DNA of 42,767 bases from Eggerthellaceae bacterium (GTDB taxonomy: Bacteria; Actinomycetota; Coriobacteriia; Coriobacteriales; Eggerthellaceae), in assembly GCA_017460365.1 (NCBI GenBank), contig JAFUBE010000786.1:1-42767 (forward strand), written 5' to 3'. The notes under the pieces are model-generated. The model worked only from the letters and a program-made list of their open reading frames with translations, was not told the DNA's origin and did not search any database. Below, piece after piece: positions 26,078-34,542 of the stretch; position 1 is the first letter of the stretch, and each line of letters begins with the position of its first letter. A program made the position numbers and the translations under genes.

Positions 26078-29000
26078 CACATGTCTCCGTATCGCTTGAG
26101 TGTCATCAGGAAGTCGTATGTCGCGTTTCTGATCTCTGGGACGTCGTTTACGCGCACCCCATTGAGATTGACGTTTATGCTCTGGCCAACCGAGTCAAGA
26201 GGCCGTCGGCCAGATATGTTCGACATGCTGTTGAATGCGTATGCTCCTGGAGTGATCCTAGCGGTCATTCCGTATGATCCGCTACCAATCATTCCGCCTA
26301 TGGCAGACGCGCCATTTTGAATTTCTGAAAGATCGAGCACGGGCCTGATCGTCGGCTCGAAGTCCATGTCGGCGCTTAGAATGTCTCCGACGTGCTTGAT
26401 GGACTCTCGGAGGCCATCCATGGCGCCGCCCCCAAGACGAGAGGCCTGGCTCTCGACATATGGAACCATCTGGCTCATTCCGATGCCGAGGCCCTCGCCT
26501 GCGAAGCGGCCGGACTTCATGGTGGCCTTTGACGGCGACGCGATTTGCATCGTACGGTTGATTGTAGCGAGCGCAGATGCTGCGAGATTCGCAGCCATTC
26601 GGTTCACGTATCCGCTCGCGCTGGACATTCCGTTACCGTATCCAACACCAGAGTAATATCCGCTGGTGTTGAACGAGGACCGCTTGGAGTCAGTACCAGA
26701 GACGCCAGACGACGCAACGCTAGAGCCGCTGGACGACGCGTTGCTCAAAGCGGTTTGGCTCCCGAGGGCACTGGTGTAAGCGCTTGCGCTTGCGTCGCCA
26801 GTCGACGAGAAATTGGAGTCGAACAAGCCGAGGATTCCGACGAGGTCCTCCGGAACTCCAGCAATCGGGAGCTCAGACGCATCGATGTTGAACTGCGAAA
26901 TATAAGAGTCGATTGTGCCGTCCGCTGCACCAGATAGGTCGACTGTTAACGTGTCGCTGAGCGAGCCTGTAAACGGAGAAAGGTCGACGCCGTCGAGGGA
27001 CAAGCTGCCGACGATCCCCTCCATGTACGGGCCGGTGACCTCAGAGCCGTCACCGAGGCTGTCAGAGATGGCGGTGTTGACTTCGGGGCCGATCTGCTTC
27101 GCCGCGTCCACGACAGCTCCACTGCCGTTCTCGACGCCCTGCTGCGCGCCGGCCATCGAATCCTGCATCGTCTGCTGCAAATCGCCAGCGGAGAAAGCCT
27201 CGCTGATTGCGCCTCTCGCGTTCTCAACCTGGTCACCGAGCATATCGCCAACGCCGGGGATCATTCTCAGAATCTCTTCGATTCCAAGAAGAACGAGATC
27301 GATGATCGACCCGATAATATTTCCAACCGCAGAAATAATCTCTGGCCCATGTGTTCTGATTCCATCGGCAACCGAATTAATGAGCGTAACTACAGCGGTA
27401 AGCAGAGCATCTGAGATTGATGGAATCCAAGTTACGAGAGCCTGAAGGAGCGCAATAATGAACGACCCAACAGTAGAGATGAACGTGGGAATCAACGACT
27501 GAAGAAGTGCGAACACGCCAATGGCCATGGTTCCGACCACACTAAGCACGTATGGAATGTTGGCTATGATGTGCTCGCCTATCGCATGTATCGCTACGTC
27601 GAGCGCAGCCAAAATATCAGTAACGCCATAGAGAAGAGCTTCGACACCTCGAGCTATTCCGGTGAACAGTCCGACAATAAGGGCAACGATCACCGACTGC
27701 AAACCGGTTGCCAGCACTCCAAGTCCTGCGACAATCCCGCCAGCGCCAGCCGCGAGGGATACGCCGAGCGCCGTTATGCCTGCCGACACGAGAAGAATTC
27801 CTGCACCGACAGCGGCGCAAGCAATCCCGAAAGCCGCAATAGCTGCACTCGCCAAGAATATCGACGGAGCTATCGCCGCAAGCAGTAGGCTTCCTGCGCC
27901 AACCACAGCAAGGGCAGCAACAAGACTTAGGATTCCGTGAATAACAGTCCCCGAGTCCGCAGACCCAAGAGCGATGATCGCCGGGACAACGGCGCGTATC
28001 GCTCCTGCCATGACCAGCATCGCCGCGGCTCCGACGAGCATCGAACCGGCGTTCTTGCCGACAAGAGCAAGCGGAACGACCAATCCGGCAACGGCGCCAG
28101 CCAAACCGATGAGCCCTCTATCCAGTGAGCCACCGCCCATTCGCCCAAGAGCTTGAACAACGTCCGAAAGAATTCGAACGGCTTGAGCAACTACAAATAT
28201 CCCGATCACGTCAGCGATCGACACCGGCGAGCGACTGATTACCGCTACGACGGCGCCCAGCGCAAGAATGACAAGACCGACGGACACGATGCCCTGCTCG
28301 AGTGAGCTGGTGTTCATTTCGGCGAACGCCTTGACGACGTCCGACAGGAGTCTAACGGCAGCGACGATCACCAGTATCGACGCGAGCGCGGTCACGGACA
28401 TAGAGGTCTTGTTCGCGATCCGCATGAACGCACCGATCGCGATGATCATCACGCCAACGCCGGTAAGCCCGCGAGCAAGACTCTCCCAATCCATTCCTGA
28501 GAAATCGTTGACCGTGTTGGCAAGGAGCCTGACGGCTATCGCGACGGCTATAACGCTCAAAGCGCTTTTCGCCGACACAGAGGCACCGTCTACGAGCTCC
28601 GAAAACACGACAACGCTGATGAGCAGCCCCGCCACGCCGGTCAAACCACGCCCGAGAGACCCCCAATCGAGGTCGGAGAGGTATTTGACGCTTGTTACGA
28701 GGATTCGCATGGCTATGCTCATGACGAGAATGCCGGTCGCGGTCTTCTTTATGTCGTTCTCAGCTACAGAAAGGAGCACCGCGACTCCGGCCATCGTGAA
28801 CAGCATTCCCGCGATTCCGACAAGGCCAACAGCCATCTGGTCCATGCTGAGTCCCGCGAGACTCTTCATCGCGAGGGACATGATACCGACGGCCACGGCC
28901 ATCTTAATCATTGCGGTTGCGGCCTGGCTCACGGCAACCGGGTTGGCGGTCGCGGTGACGCGCGTCATGAGCGCGAACGCGCCGACGAGCTCGCCGAGGA

Positions 29001-31611
29001 GCGTCGTGATTCCGCCAACGCCGTTCGCCATGCCGGTCGGGTCCACGCCTGAAAGCGCCACGAGGGAGCCAGCGAGGAGCGCGATGGCGATGCCGATCTT
29101 GAGGATGGCAGTCGAGTTGATCGCATTTTGAAGGTTCGTGAACGAGCCTGCTATGGAGTCGAGCGCGCCGGTGAACCTCTTCACGATGTCGTCGAACCCG
29201 ATGGACTCCTTGAGCGCGTCGACCGCGCCCGTAATCGTATCGGCGAGCGATTTCTTCTCTCCGCCGAACTTCTTGTTCTTGAAGGCGTCGACGAGGCCCT
29301 TGAGGGACCCGAGGAGTCCTCCGCCCATGATGGTCGTGAAGTTCTGCGCGAGCTGGCCGAACTCCTCGGAGGCGAGGTAGGAGAACATCGACCGGATGGC
29401 CGAGCCGATCTTCGGCCCGATGTCCGACACGACGCCGAAGAAGTTGGAGAACACCGCGCCGAGGGTGTCGAACACCGCGCCGATGGCGTCGAAGAACCCG
29501 AAGTCGACGGAAGTGTCGAAGGACCTCCCCCCGAACAGCTCGGCGAGCTTCTGGAACGGCGCCTTGACGAACGACATGAGCACGTCGAAGACGTGCGGCA
29601 CCACGTCCGCGAGCCCAGAGAGGACCGACTTGAGCCCCTCGAATATGTCGGTGACGGTCGGGAGCCTCTCGATGAGCCCGTCGAGGACGGACAGGTTCAG
29701 GTGCTCGCGGAGGAAGCTCGTCAGGGAGTTGAGGAAGTCGACGACTGGCGTCCCGGATATGTCGATGCCAAAGACGCCGAGAATCGAGGACAGCACGGAA
29801 TCGAGCGCGAAGCCGAGCTCGGTTAGGAACCTCGAGAACAGGCTCGACTGGGTCGTCCCGTCGATGAACATGTTCTTCAGGAACAGGAACTTGTCATTTG
29901 CCTCCATGAAGTACGTGATCAGTCTGCCAAAAGAGTCGGCAGCCGTGAACACGTGCCACGCGAATTCTGACACGCCGTCGATGAGCGGGTTCAGGTGGTT
30001 AAGAACCCTTCCGGCTATCGAACGAAGTCCCTTCGCTATGCTGAATACGCCGCCGAGCGCGCCCTGAAGCCTTGATGTGAACTCTTCTGACTCCAGGAAG
30101 CTCCTGAGCGATTTGGCAAAGTTAGAGAACCCGCGTGTCAGTTGCTTCAGCCTGCCTGCCGACTCCTCGATTGTCGGCGACCCAAAGAAGTCCTCAAACG
30201 CGTCCTTCGCCGCGAGCACCGCGGACTTGATTCCAAAATATACGTCGGCGATTGCCTGCAGGGCATCAACGCGCCCTCCGCTTCCGACCTCGTCAGAGTC
30301 ATGCCAAATCTTGAGGATTGCGTTTCTGGTCTCACCGGCGTTATTGATGATCGCGGACAGCTCATCGTTGACCGCCGTCCAGAGCTCCATCGCCTCCTTG
30401 AAGTCGCCGATGATGTACTGGATGGACTGCGTCCAGCCTGAACCGAGCGCCTCCTTCAGCGTGTCGATAAGCTGTGTGAAGGTCTTGACCTTGGTCGCGG
30501 CATCTTGGGCCAGGAACATCTGCTCGATGTAGCCCTTGGCCACGTCCTCGCTAATCTGCCCTGTCTCAGCGAGGGTCTTCGCCAGCTTCGCGATGGCGGC
30601 GTCCTGGTCATCAGACGCGTCGATGGCGTCGAACTGGGCCTTGACCCAGTCCTCCTCGACGCCGGTGACCCTCGCGAAGTAGTCCGCGAGGCCGACGTCG
30701 GTGAGCTTAGCGAGCGTCTCCAGGAGGACGTCGGAGGTGAGCCACCCCTTCTGGAGGGAGTTCCTGAAGCCTCCCTCCTGCGCGATGAGGTCCTCTACGC
30801 TAGCAGCGGTTATGCCCGTCGCATCACTGTAAGACACCATTTGACCGGCAGCGTTTTCGACCTGCCTGCCGGTCTCGATGAACTCGTCAGCCGTCTTCTG
30901 CAGCGCGTCCTGGAAGAACTGGCCGCCCATGCTCGCATTTTGAACAGAGTTCCAGTCCATGAGGCGGACCACGCCACTCGACAGTGCTTGGGAGAGCTGA
31001 TACATCGCGTTCGACGCCTGGTGCGCGTTCGCACCCGACACGGCCGCCAGGTTAGCGATACCCTGGATTGCCGCGACGGAGTCGTCGAGTCCAACGCCGG
31101 CAGCGGTGAAGGTGCCGATGTTCCGAGTCATCTCGGTGAAGTTGTAGATGGTCCGGTCGGCGTAGTGGTTAAGCTCGTTGAGCGCTCCGTTAATAGCGTC
31201 GAGCTGCGCATCCTCCGTTACGCCAGCGAACTCCTTCTTGGTGTTCGCCATGATCGTCTGGACGGCGTTCATCTGGGTTTCGTACTCCGCGAAGCCATCG
31301 CGAATCGGGGCGATGGTCAATGCGGACACGAGATTCCGGCCGAGGTCGATTGCACTGTTTGCGATTCGGTCGAACAGGACCCTTGTGAACTCTCTAAGCA
31401 TTGAGAAGTTCTGCTGGACCTGGTATATGCCATTGGAGATTGGTGAGAGGTTCAGCGAGTCTGCACTCTTCTGGACGTCGCTGAATGCACCGCTCTTGAA
31501 GTTTAGGCTCTCTTTGAGTTTCTCGAGCGACGACATCGTCGTGCGAACGCCGGCCTCGAACTTGTCGTTGTCGAACTCCATCCGGACGACACGTTCGTCA
31601 ATGCTGCTCAT
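26077..31611 (-). CDS. tail tape measure protein
   Basis: 1844 aa from ATG 31611 (ATGA overlap with the upstream stop). Lies downstream of the chaperones. Long helical N-part and a block of hydrophobic 59-aa repeats. Confidence 0.9.
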   Translation of the reverse strand: MSSIDERVVRMEFDNDKFEAGVRTTMSSLEKLKESLNFKSGAFSDVQKSADSLNLSPISNGIYQVQQNFSMLREFTRVLFDRIANSAIDLGRNLVSALTIAPIRDGFAEYETQMNAVQTIMANTKKEFAGVTEDAQLDAINGALNELNHYADRTIYNFTEMTRNIGTFTAAGVGLDDSVAAIQGIANLAAVSGANAHQASNAMYQLSQALSSGVVRLMDWNSVQNASMGGQFFQDALQKTADEFIETGRQVENAAGQMVSYSDATGITAASVEDLIAQEGGFRNSLQKGWLTSDVLLETLAKLTDVGLADYFARVTGVEEDWVKAQFDAIDASDDQDAAIAKLAKTLAETGQISEDVAKGYIEQMFLAQDAATKVKTFTQLIDTLKEALGSGWTQSIQYIIGDFKEAMELWTAVNDELSAIINNAGETRNAILKIWHDSDEVGSGGRVDALQAIADVYFGIKSAVLAAKDAFEDFFGSPTIEESAGRLKQLTRGFSNFAKSLRSFLESEEFTSRLQGALGGVFSIAKGLRSIAGRVLNHLNPLIDGVSEFAWHVFTAADSFGRLITYFMEANDKFLFLKNMFIDGTTQSSLFSRFLTELGFALDSVLSSILGVFGIDISGTPVVDFLNSLTSFLREHLNLSVLDGLIERLPTVTDIFEGLKSVLSGLADVVPHVFDVLMSFVKAPFQKLAELFGGRSFDTSVDFGFFDAIGAVFDTLGAVFSNFFGVVSDIGPKIGSAIRSMFSYLASEEFGQLAQNFTTIMGGGLLGSLKGLVDAFKNKKFGGEKKSLADTITGAVDALKESIGFDDIVKRFTGALDSIAGSFTNLQNAINSTAILKIGIAIALLAGSLVALSGVDPTGMANGVGGITTLLGELVGAFALMTRVTATANPVAVSQAATAMIKMAVAVGIMSLAMKSLAGLSMDQMAVGLVGIAGMLFTMAGVAVLLSVAENDIKKTATGILVMSIAMRILVTSVKYLSDLDWGSLGRGLTGVAGLLISVVVFSELVDGASVSAKSALSVIAVAIAVRLLANTVNDFSGMDWESLARGLTGVGVMIIAIGAFMRIANKTSMSVTALASILVIVAAVRLLSDVVKAFAEMNTSSLEQGIVSVGLVILALGAVVAVISRSPVSIADVIGIFVVAQAVRILSDVVQALGRMGGGSLDRGLIGLAGAVAGLVVPLALVGKNAGSMLVGAAAMLVMAGAIRAVVPAIIALGSADSGTVIHGILSLVAALAVVGAGSLLLAAIAPSIFLASAAIAAFGIACAAVGAGILLVSAGITALGVSLAAGAGGIVAGLGVLATGLQSVIVALIVGLFTGIARGVEALLYGVTDILAALDVAIHAIGEHIIANIPYVLSVVGTMAIGVFALLQSLIPTFISTVGSFIIALLQALVTWIPSISDALLTAVVTLINSVADGIRTHGPEIISAVGNIIGSIIDLVLLGIEEILRMIPGVGDMLGDQVENARGAISEAFSAGDLQQTMQDSMAGAQQGVENGSGAVVDAAKQIGPEVNTAISDSLGDGSEVTGPYMEGIVGSLSLDGVDLSPFTGSLSDTLTVDLSGAADGTIDSYISQFNIDASELPIAGVPEDLVGILGLFDSNFSSTGDASASAYTSALGSQTALSNASSSGSSVASSGVSGTDSKRSSFNTSGYYSGVGYGNGMSSASGYVNRMAANLAASALATINRTMQIASPSKATMKSGRFAGEGLGIGMSQMVPYVESQASRLGGGAMDGLRESIKHVGDILSADMDFEPTIRPVLDLSEIQNGASAIGGMIGSGSYGMTARITPGAYAFNSMSNISGRRPLDSVGQSINVNLNGVRVNDVPEIRNATYDFLMTLKRYGDM
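27930..29050 (-). repeat. tandem ~59-aa (177-nt) hydrophobic repeats within the tape measure
   Basis: Units anchored on DPTGMANG / SMDQMAVG / DWGSLGRG / DWESLARG / NTSSLEQG / GGGSLDRG. Four consecutive units are exactly 59 aa apart. Confidence 0.75.
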
Positions 31612-31985
31612 TCCCTGGTGACCTCCCTCCACACGCCGTCTGCTATGTCCTCGAAAATGGGGCGCATTGCCGGGTTGATGTAGTCAAGACCGCGAACATA
31701 CGTCTTTCCGCGCGTTCCATGCCCGTACTGGAGAAGCATGGCGACGCAGTAACCGTTCACGATGTTGCTGTTTGACCAGACAATCTCTATCTTTCCGCCG
31801 CGCATTTTGATTTCGTACGACCATGACGCAGCGGTCTTGCCGGTCTCGACGGGGGTTGCCTTGCTCAGCGCATCAACGCCGGTCTGGCACAGAGCGTCTA
31901 GGCGTTGATACATCTCCCCTCTTCGCATGCGCATCAGAAACTTCAGCGTCTTCGCGAGGTCGCCCTTGTGCGTAATGCGAATCAA
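31608..31985 (-). CDS. HK97 gp10-like tail/neck component
   Basis: 125 aa. TTG start after GGAGG. ...KATPVETGKTAASWSYEI...LLQYGHGTRGKTYVRGLDYINPA fits the gp10-family pattern (from memory). Confidence 0.45.
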   Translation of the reverse strand: MIRITHKGDLAKTLKFLMRMRRGEMYQRLDALCQTGVDALSKATPVETGKTAASWSYEIKMRGGKIEIVWSNSNIVNGYCVAMLLQYGHGTRGKTYVRGLDYINPAMRPIFEDIADGVWREVTRE

Positions 31986-32008
31986 GCAAGCCTCCAGTAC
32001 AACGTTTG

Positions 32009-32545
32009 CTACTTCTTGCTTTTCTTTCGACGAGCCGCGTTGACCGCCCGGTGGTGGGCGGCAAGCTCGGCCTTGCTCTTCTTTTTCTTCGGCTTTGTCT
32101 CCTCATAACAAACTCTGATGAGCGTTATGAGGCGGTTGAGATGCCACTTCTCGCACTCGATGGGGATGCCGTAGCTGAACATGTAGAAGTACAGGAGCTC
32201 CGACGTCATCACTCTCTTTTTGCCGTCGTCGTCCTTTGACTCCGAGAACCAGGTGGCCGTGTGCGGGTCATCGATGTATGCCTTTATGCGTCCTATACTC
32301 TCGTCACTAAGGCACCTGTACACGAGCGGGTCTATGCTCCGATTCACGGTCATGCACCTGATGTAGTCGAGCGTCTCCTCCGAAGTGAGCTCCTCGGAGG
32401 AGAAGAACGACTTGTGCCACTTCGCCTCCCATTTTGAAACAGAGACGAGGGAGTGCTCGAGAACCAGCGACACCGCGTTGACGGAAAGGAATCGTTCCGC
32501 TATCGGGTCCCACAACTCGGTTGGAGTGACGTCTATCTCGAGCAT
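32009..32545 (-). CDS. second tail-assembly-chaperone-position protein
   Basis: 178 aa. ...LEHSLVSVSKWEAKWHKSFF...CEKWHLNRLITLIRV... with a Lys-rich tail. Lies between the chaperone and the tape measure. Confidence 0.45.
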   Translation of the reverse strand: MLEIDVTPTELWDPIAERFLSVNAVSLVLEHSLVSVSKWEAKWHKSFFSSEELTSEETLDYIRCMTVNRSIDPLVYRCLSDESIGRIKAYIDDPHTATWFSESKDDDGKKRVMTSELLYFYMFSYGIPIECEKWHLNRLITLIRVCYEETKPKKKKSKAELAAHHRAVNAARRKKSKK

Positions 32546-32558
32546 GGGGAGGCCTACC

Positions 32559-32996
32559 CTACGAATTGATGGCGGCGATGCGTGCCTTCGCCTGCTCCGA
32601 CGCCCGCTGCATGCCGGCTTCAGATGATAGCTCCGCAGGAACGCATCCGTTGATGAAGTCTACAAGCTTGTCCGGGTTGAACATGAGCTCCATGAAGAAC
32701 TCGTCGAACGCTGCACTCTGCGCGAAGTCGTCGGACAGCTTGTGCCCATCCTTGTCCTTCTTGATGAAGCGTCCGTCGGGCGTCTTCTTTCCGTACGCGT
32801 CCAGAATGATGGTCTCGACGAGCTCCATGATGCGGGCCGTGTCGCTCGTGTTAATGATCTCCTGCAGCATAGCCTCAAGGCCACCAGCAGGACCGAGCGC
32901 AAGCTTCGCAAGCTCGGCCTTCGTCAGATTGAAGTGGAATGTCTCGGTCTTCTCAACACCGTTGAAATCGGTGTAGGTCTTGGTGAATCCGATCAT
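32559..32996 (-). CDS. tail assembly chaperone
   Basis: 145 aa. AAAGGGGACAGAGC-ATG. Lies immediately downstream of the major tail protein. Acidic and helical. Confidence 0.6.
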   Translation of the reverse strand: MIGFTKTYTDFNGVEKTETFHFNLTKAELAKLALGPAGGLEAMLQEIINTSDTARIMELVETIILDAYGKKTPDGRFIKKDKDGHKLSDDFAQSAAFDEFFMELMFNPDKLVDFINGCVPAELSSEAGMQRASEQAKARIAAINS

Positions 32997-33071
32997 GCTC
33001 TGTCCCCTTTCATACGAGGAGGGACCCGGCGAGCGAACCGAGCCCCTCCTGGTTCAGATGCTGAATATCAA

Positions 33072-33884
33072 CTAGTTGCCAGCGGTGCCACTCATGAGGG
33101 TGATGACCTCGGCCGGAAGCGGAAGGCGCGGACCAGCAGTGGCCGCCTCGTAATATGTCTTATCGGAAGAGAACGAAGTGCCCGTAAGCTCAGTGTACGT
33201 ATAACTTCCCTCAGCACCGCTACGGGTGTAATACGTCTTACCGCTCTGCTTAGTAGTGTCAGCGGTCTCGACATAAACAATTGCATCATCGCCGTAAAGA
33301 ATGGCCTCGAGCGCAGTGAGCTTAGCAGCATCGGCGGTGGTGGAGTTGATGACGAGGTGCGCCGACTGCTTGAAACCGGGCACGGGCACGGGAACAGTCG
33401 TGCACTCCCAGCTCAGCTCCTCCGCGTCGGGGGAGTCGTTGACGGAGGAGTGCTCCTTCTCGGACGGGGACGCCATGGCCCCGTAGACGAGGTGGATCTC
33501 GTAGCCGTAGTCGTTGCCGCTTACGTCGTTGCCGATGAGGGTGCGCCAGCTGAAGCCGAAGCGCTTGCGGGCCTGCTGGCCCGCGGTGACGCCGGTCGCA
33601 ATGGTCGCGGTACCGTCGCACTCGTCAAACTCCTCTGGCGACTGGTAGGCGTTGATGGTGAAGCCGTACTCCTCGGCGGAGTAGAGCGAGCCGTACTTGC
33701 CGTTGTCAGCCCAGAGCGCGGTCTCCTCGGCGCCGGACGGGGACTCGCTGACACCGGTCAGACCGTTCCACGCGTATCCCGCGGGATAGGTCGACGAGGT
33801 GGTGTCGATGGGATAGAGGACACCTCGGTCGGTGCCCGTCTTATAGATCTTGGAACCGATTTCGTCCCAAACGATGGCTGCCAT
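33072..33884 (-). CDS. major tail (tube) protein
   Basis: 270 aa. GAGGAGGTAGCAC-ATG. GTDRGVLYP...AWNGLTGVSESPSGAE...FGFSWRTLIGND...IHLVYGAMASPSEK matches Gram-positive siphovirus tube proteins (from memory). Confidence 0.7.
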   Translation of the reverse strand: MAAIVWDEIGSKIYKTGTDRGVLYPIDTTSSTYPAGYAWNGLTGVSESPSGAEETALWADNGKYGSLYSAEEYGFTINAYQSPEEFDECDGTATIATGVTAGQQARKRFGFSWRTLIGNDVSGNDYGYEIHLVYGAMASPSEKEHSSVNDSPDAEELSWECTTVPVPVPGFKQSAHLVINSTTADAAKLTALEAILYGDDAIVYVETADTTKQSGKTYYTRSGAEGSYTYTELTGTSFSSDKTYYEAATAGPRLPLPAEVITLMSGTAGN

Positions 33885-33896
33885 GTGCTACCTCCT

Positions 33897-34208
33897 CTAG
33901 AAGTAGATGTTCAGGATGGTGTGGTAGAGGTTGTCCGAGACGAAGGTGCGCTCCTCTCGGCACAACGGAAAGTGCTTGACCAGTCTCTCGGGGAGGTCGC
34001 AGTCGGCGTCCCTGGTGATGACTGTCAGCTGGTACTGCCTCATGAAGGCGTACGTCGCATTGTCCGCGCTCCTAGAGTAGGGACGGTCGCGTTCGTACAC
34101 GATGCACGGGTACTTCATCTCGACGTTGTGTGGCGGTTGGTAGTAAACGCGAAAGGAGGAGCCAGCAACCGCTGCCAGCTCCTCCTGAAGCTCGAGTCTA
34201 GTTCCCAT
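33897..34208 (-). CDS. head-tail joining / tail completion protein (by position)
   Basis: 103 aa. Overlaps the upstream gene by 11 nt. Confidence 0.4.
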   Translation of the reverse strand: MGTRLELQEELAAVAGSSFRVYYQPPHNVEMKYPCIVYERDRPYSRSADNATYAFMRQYQLTVITRDADCDLPERLVKHFPLCREERTFVSDNLYHTILNIYF

Positions 34209-34518
34209 GGTACACTTCCCCTATCGTGAGAATCAGGCGAGGAAACTGGACCTCGACGCTCGAAACCTTCCACTTGGAGTTCATCCAGGTTACGTATCGG
34301 ATGGCGTGGAAGTTCTGAAGTGCGTAGGGGTCCGAAACGATGCTAATCTGGTTGCTAACCGAAATATCATCGTTCACGTCATCGCCGGTCCTGAGGCTGC
34401 GCGTGTACCGGACAACGTCTCCGTAGTAGGGGCGCTCGACAATCTGCTCGTCCCACACCCCGGGCGTCGTCTCGACGTCTCCGCCGTAGAACCCGACGAG
34501 GCCGTAGTATCGTGCCAT
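34198..34518 (-). CDS. head-tail connector protein (by position)
   Basis: Start trimmed to ATG 34518 (GGAGTGACC-ATG). 106 aa. Confidence 0.4.
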   Translation of the reverse strand: MARYYGLVGFYGGDVETTPGVWDEQIVERPYYGDVVRYTRSLRTGDDVNDDISVSNQISIVSDPYALQNFHAIRYVTWMNSKWKVSSVEVQFPRLILTIGEVYHGN

Positions 34519-34542
34519 GGTCACTCCATTTTGAATTTCTGG

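Noticed and set aside
32540-32600. Programmed frameshift joining the two chaperone-position genes (32559..32996 and 32009..32545)
   Set aside because: I saw no slippery heptamer near the stop. The downstream ATG is in the +1 frame after a 13-nt gap, and the second protein belongs to a recognisable stand-alone type.
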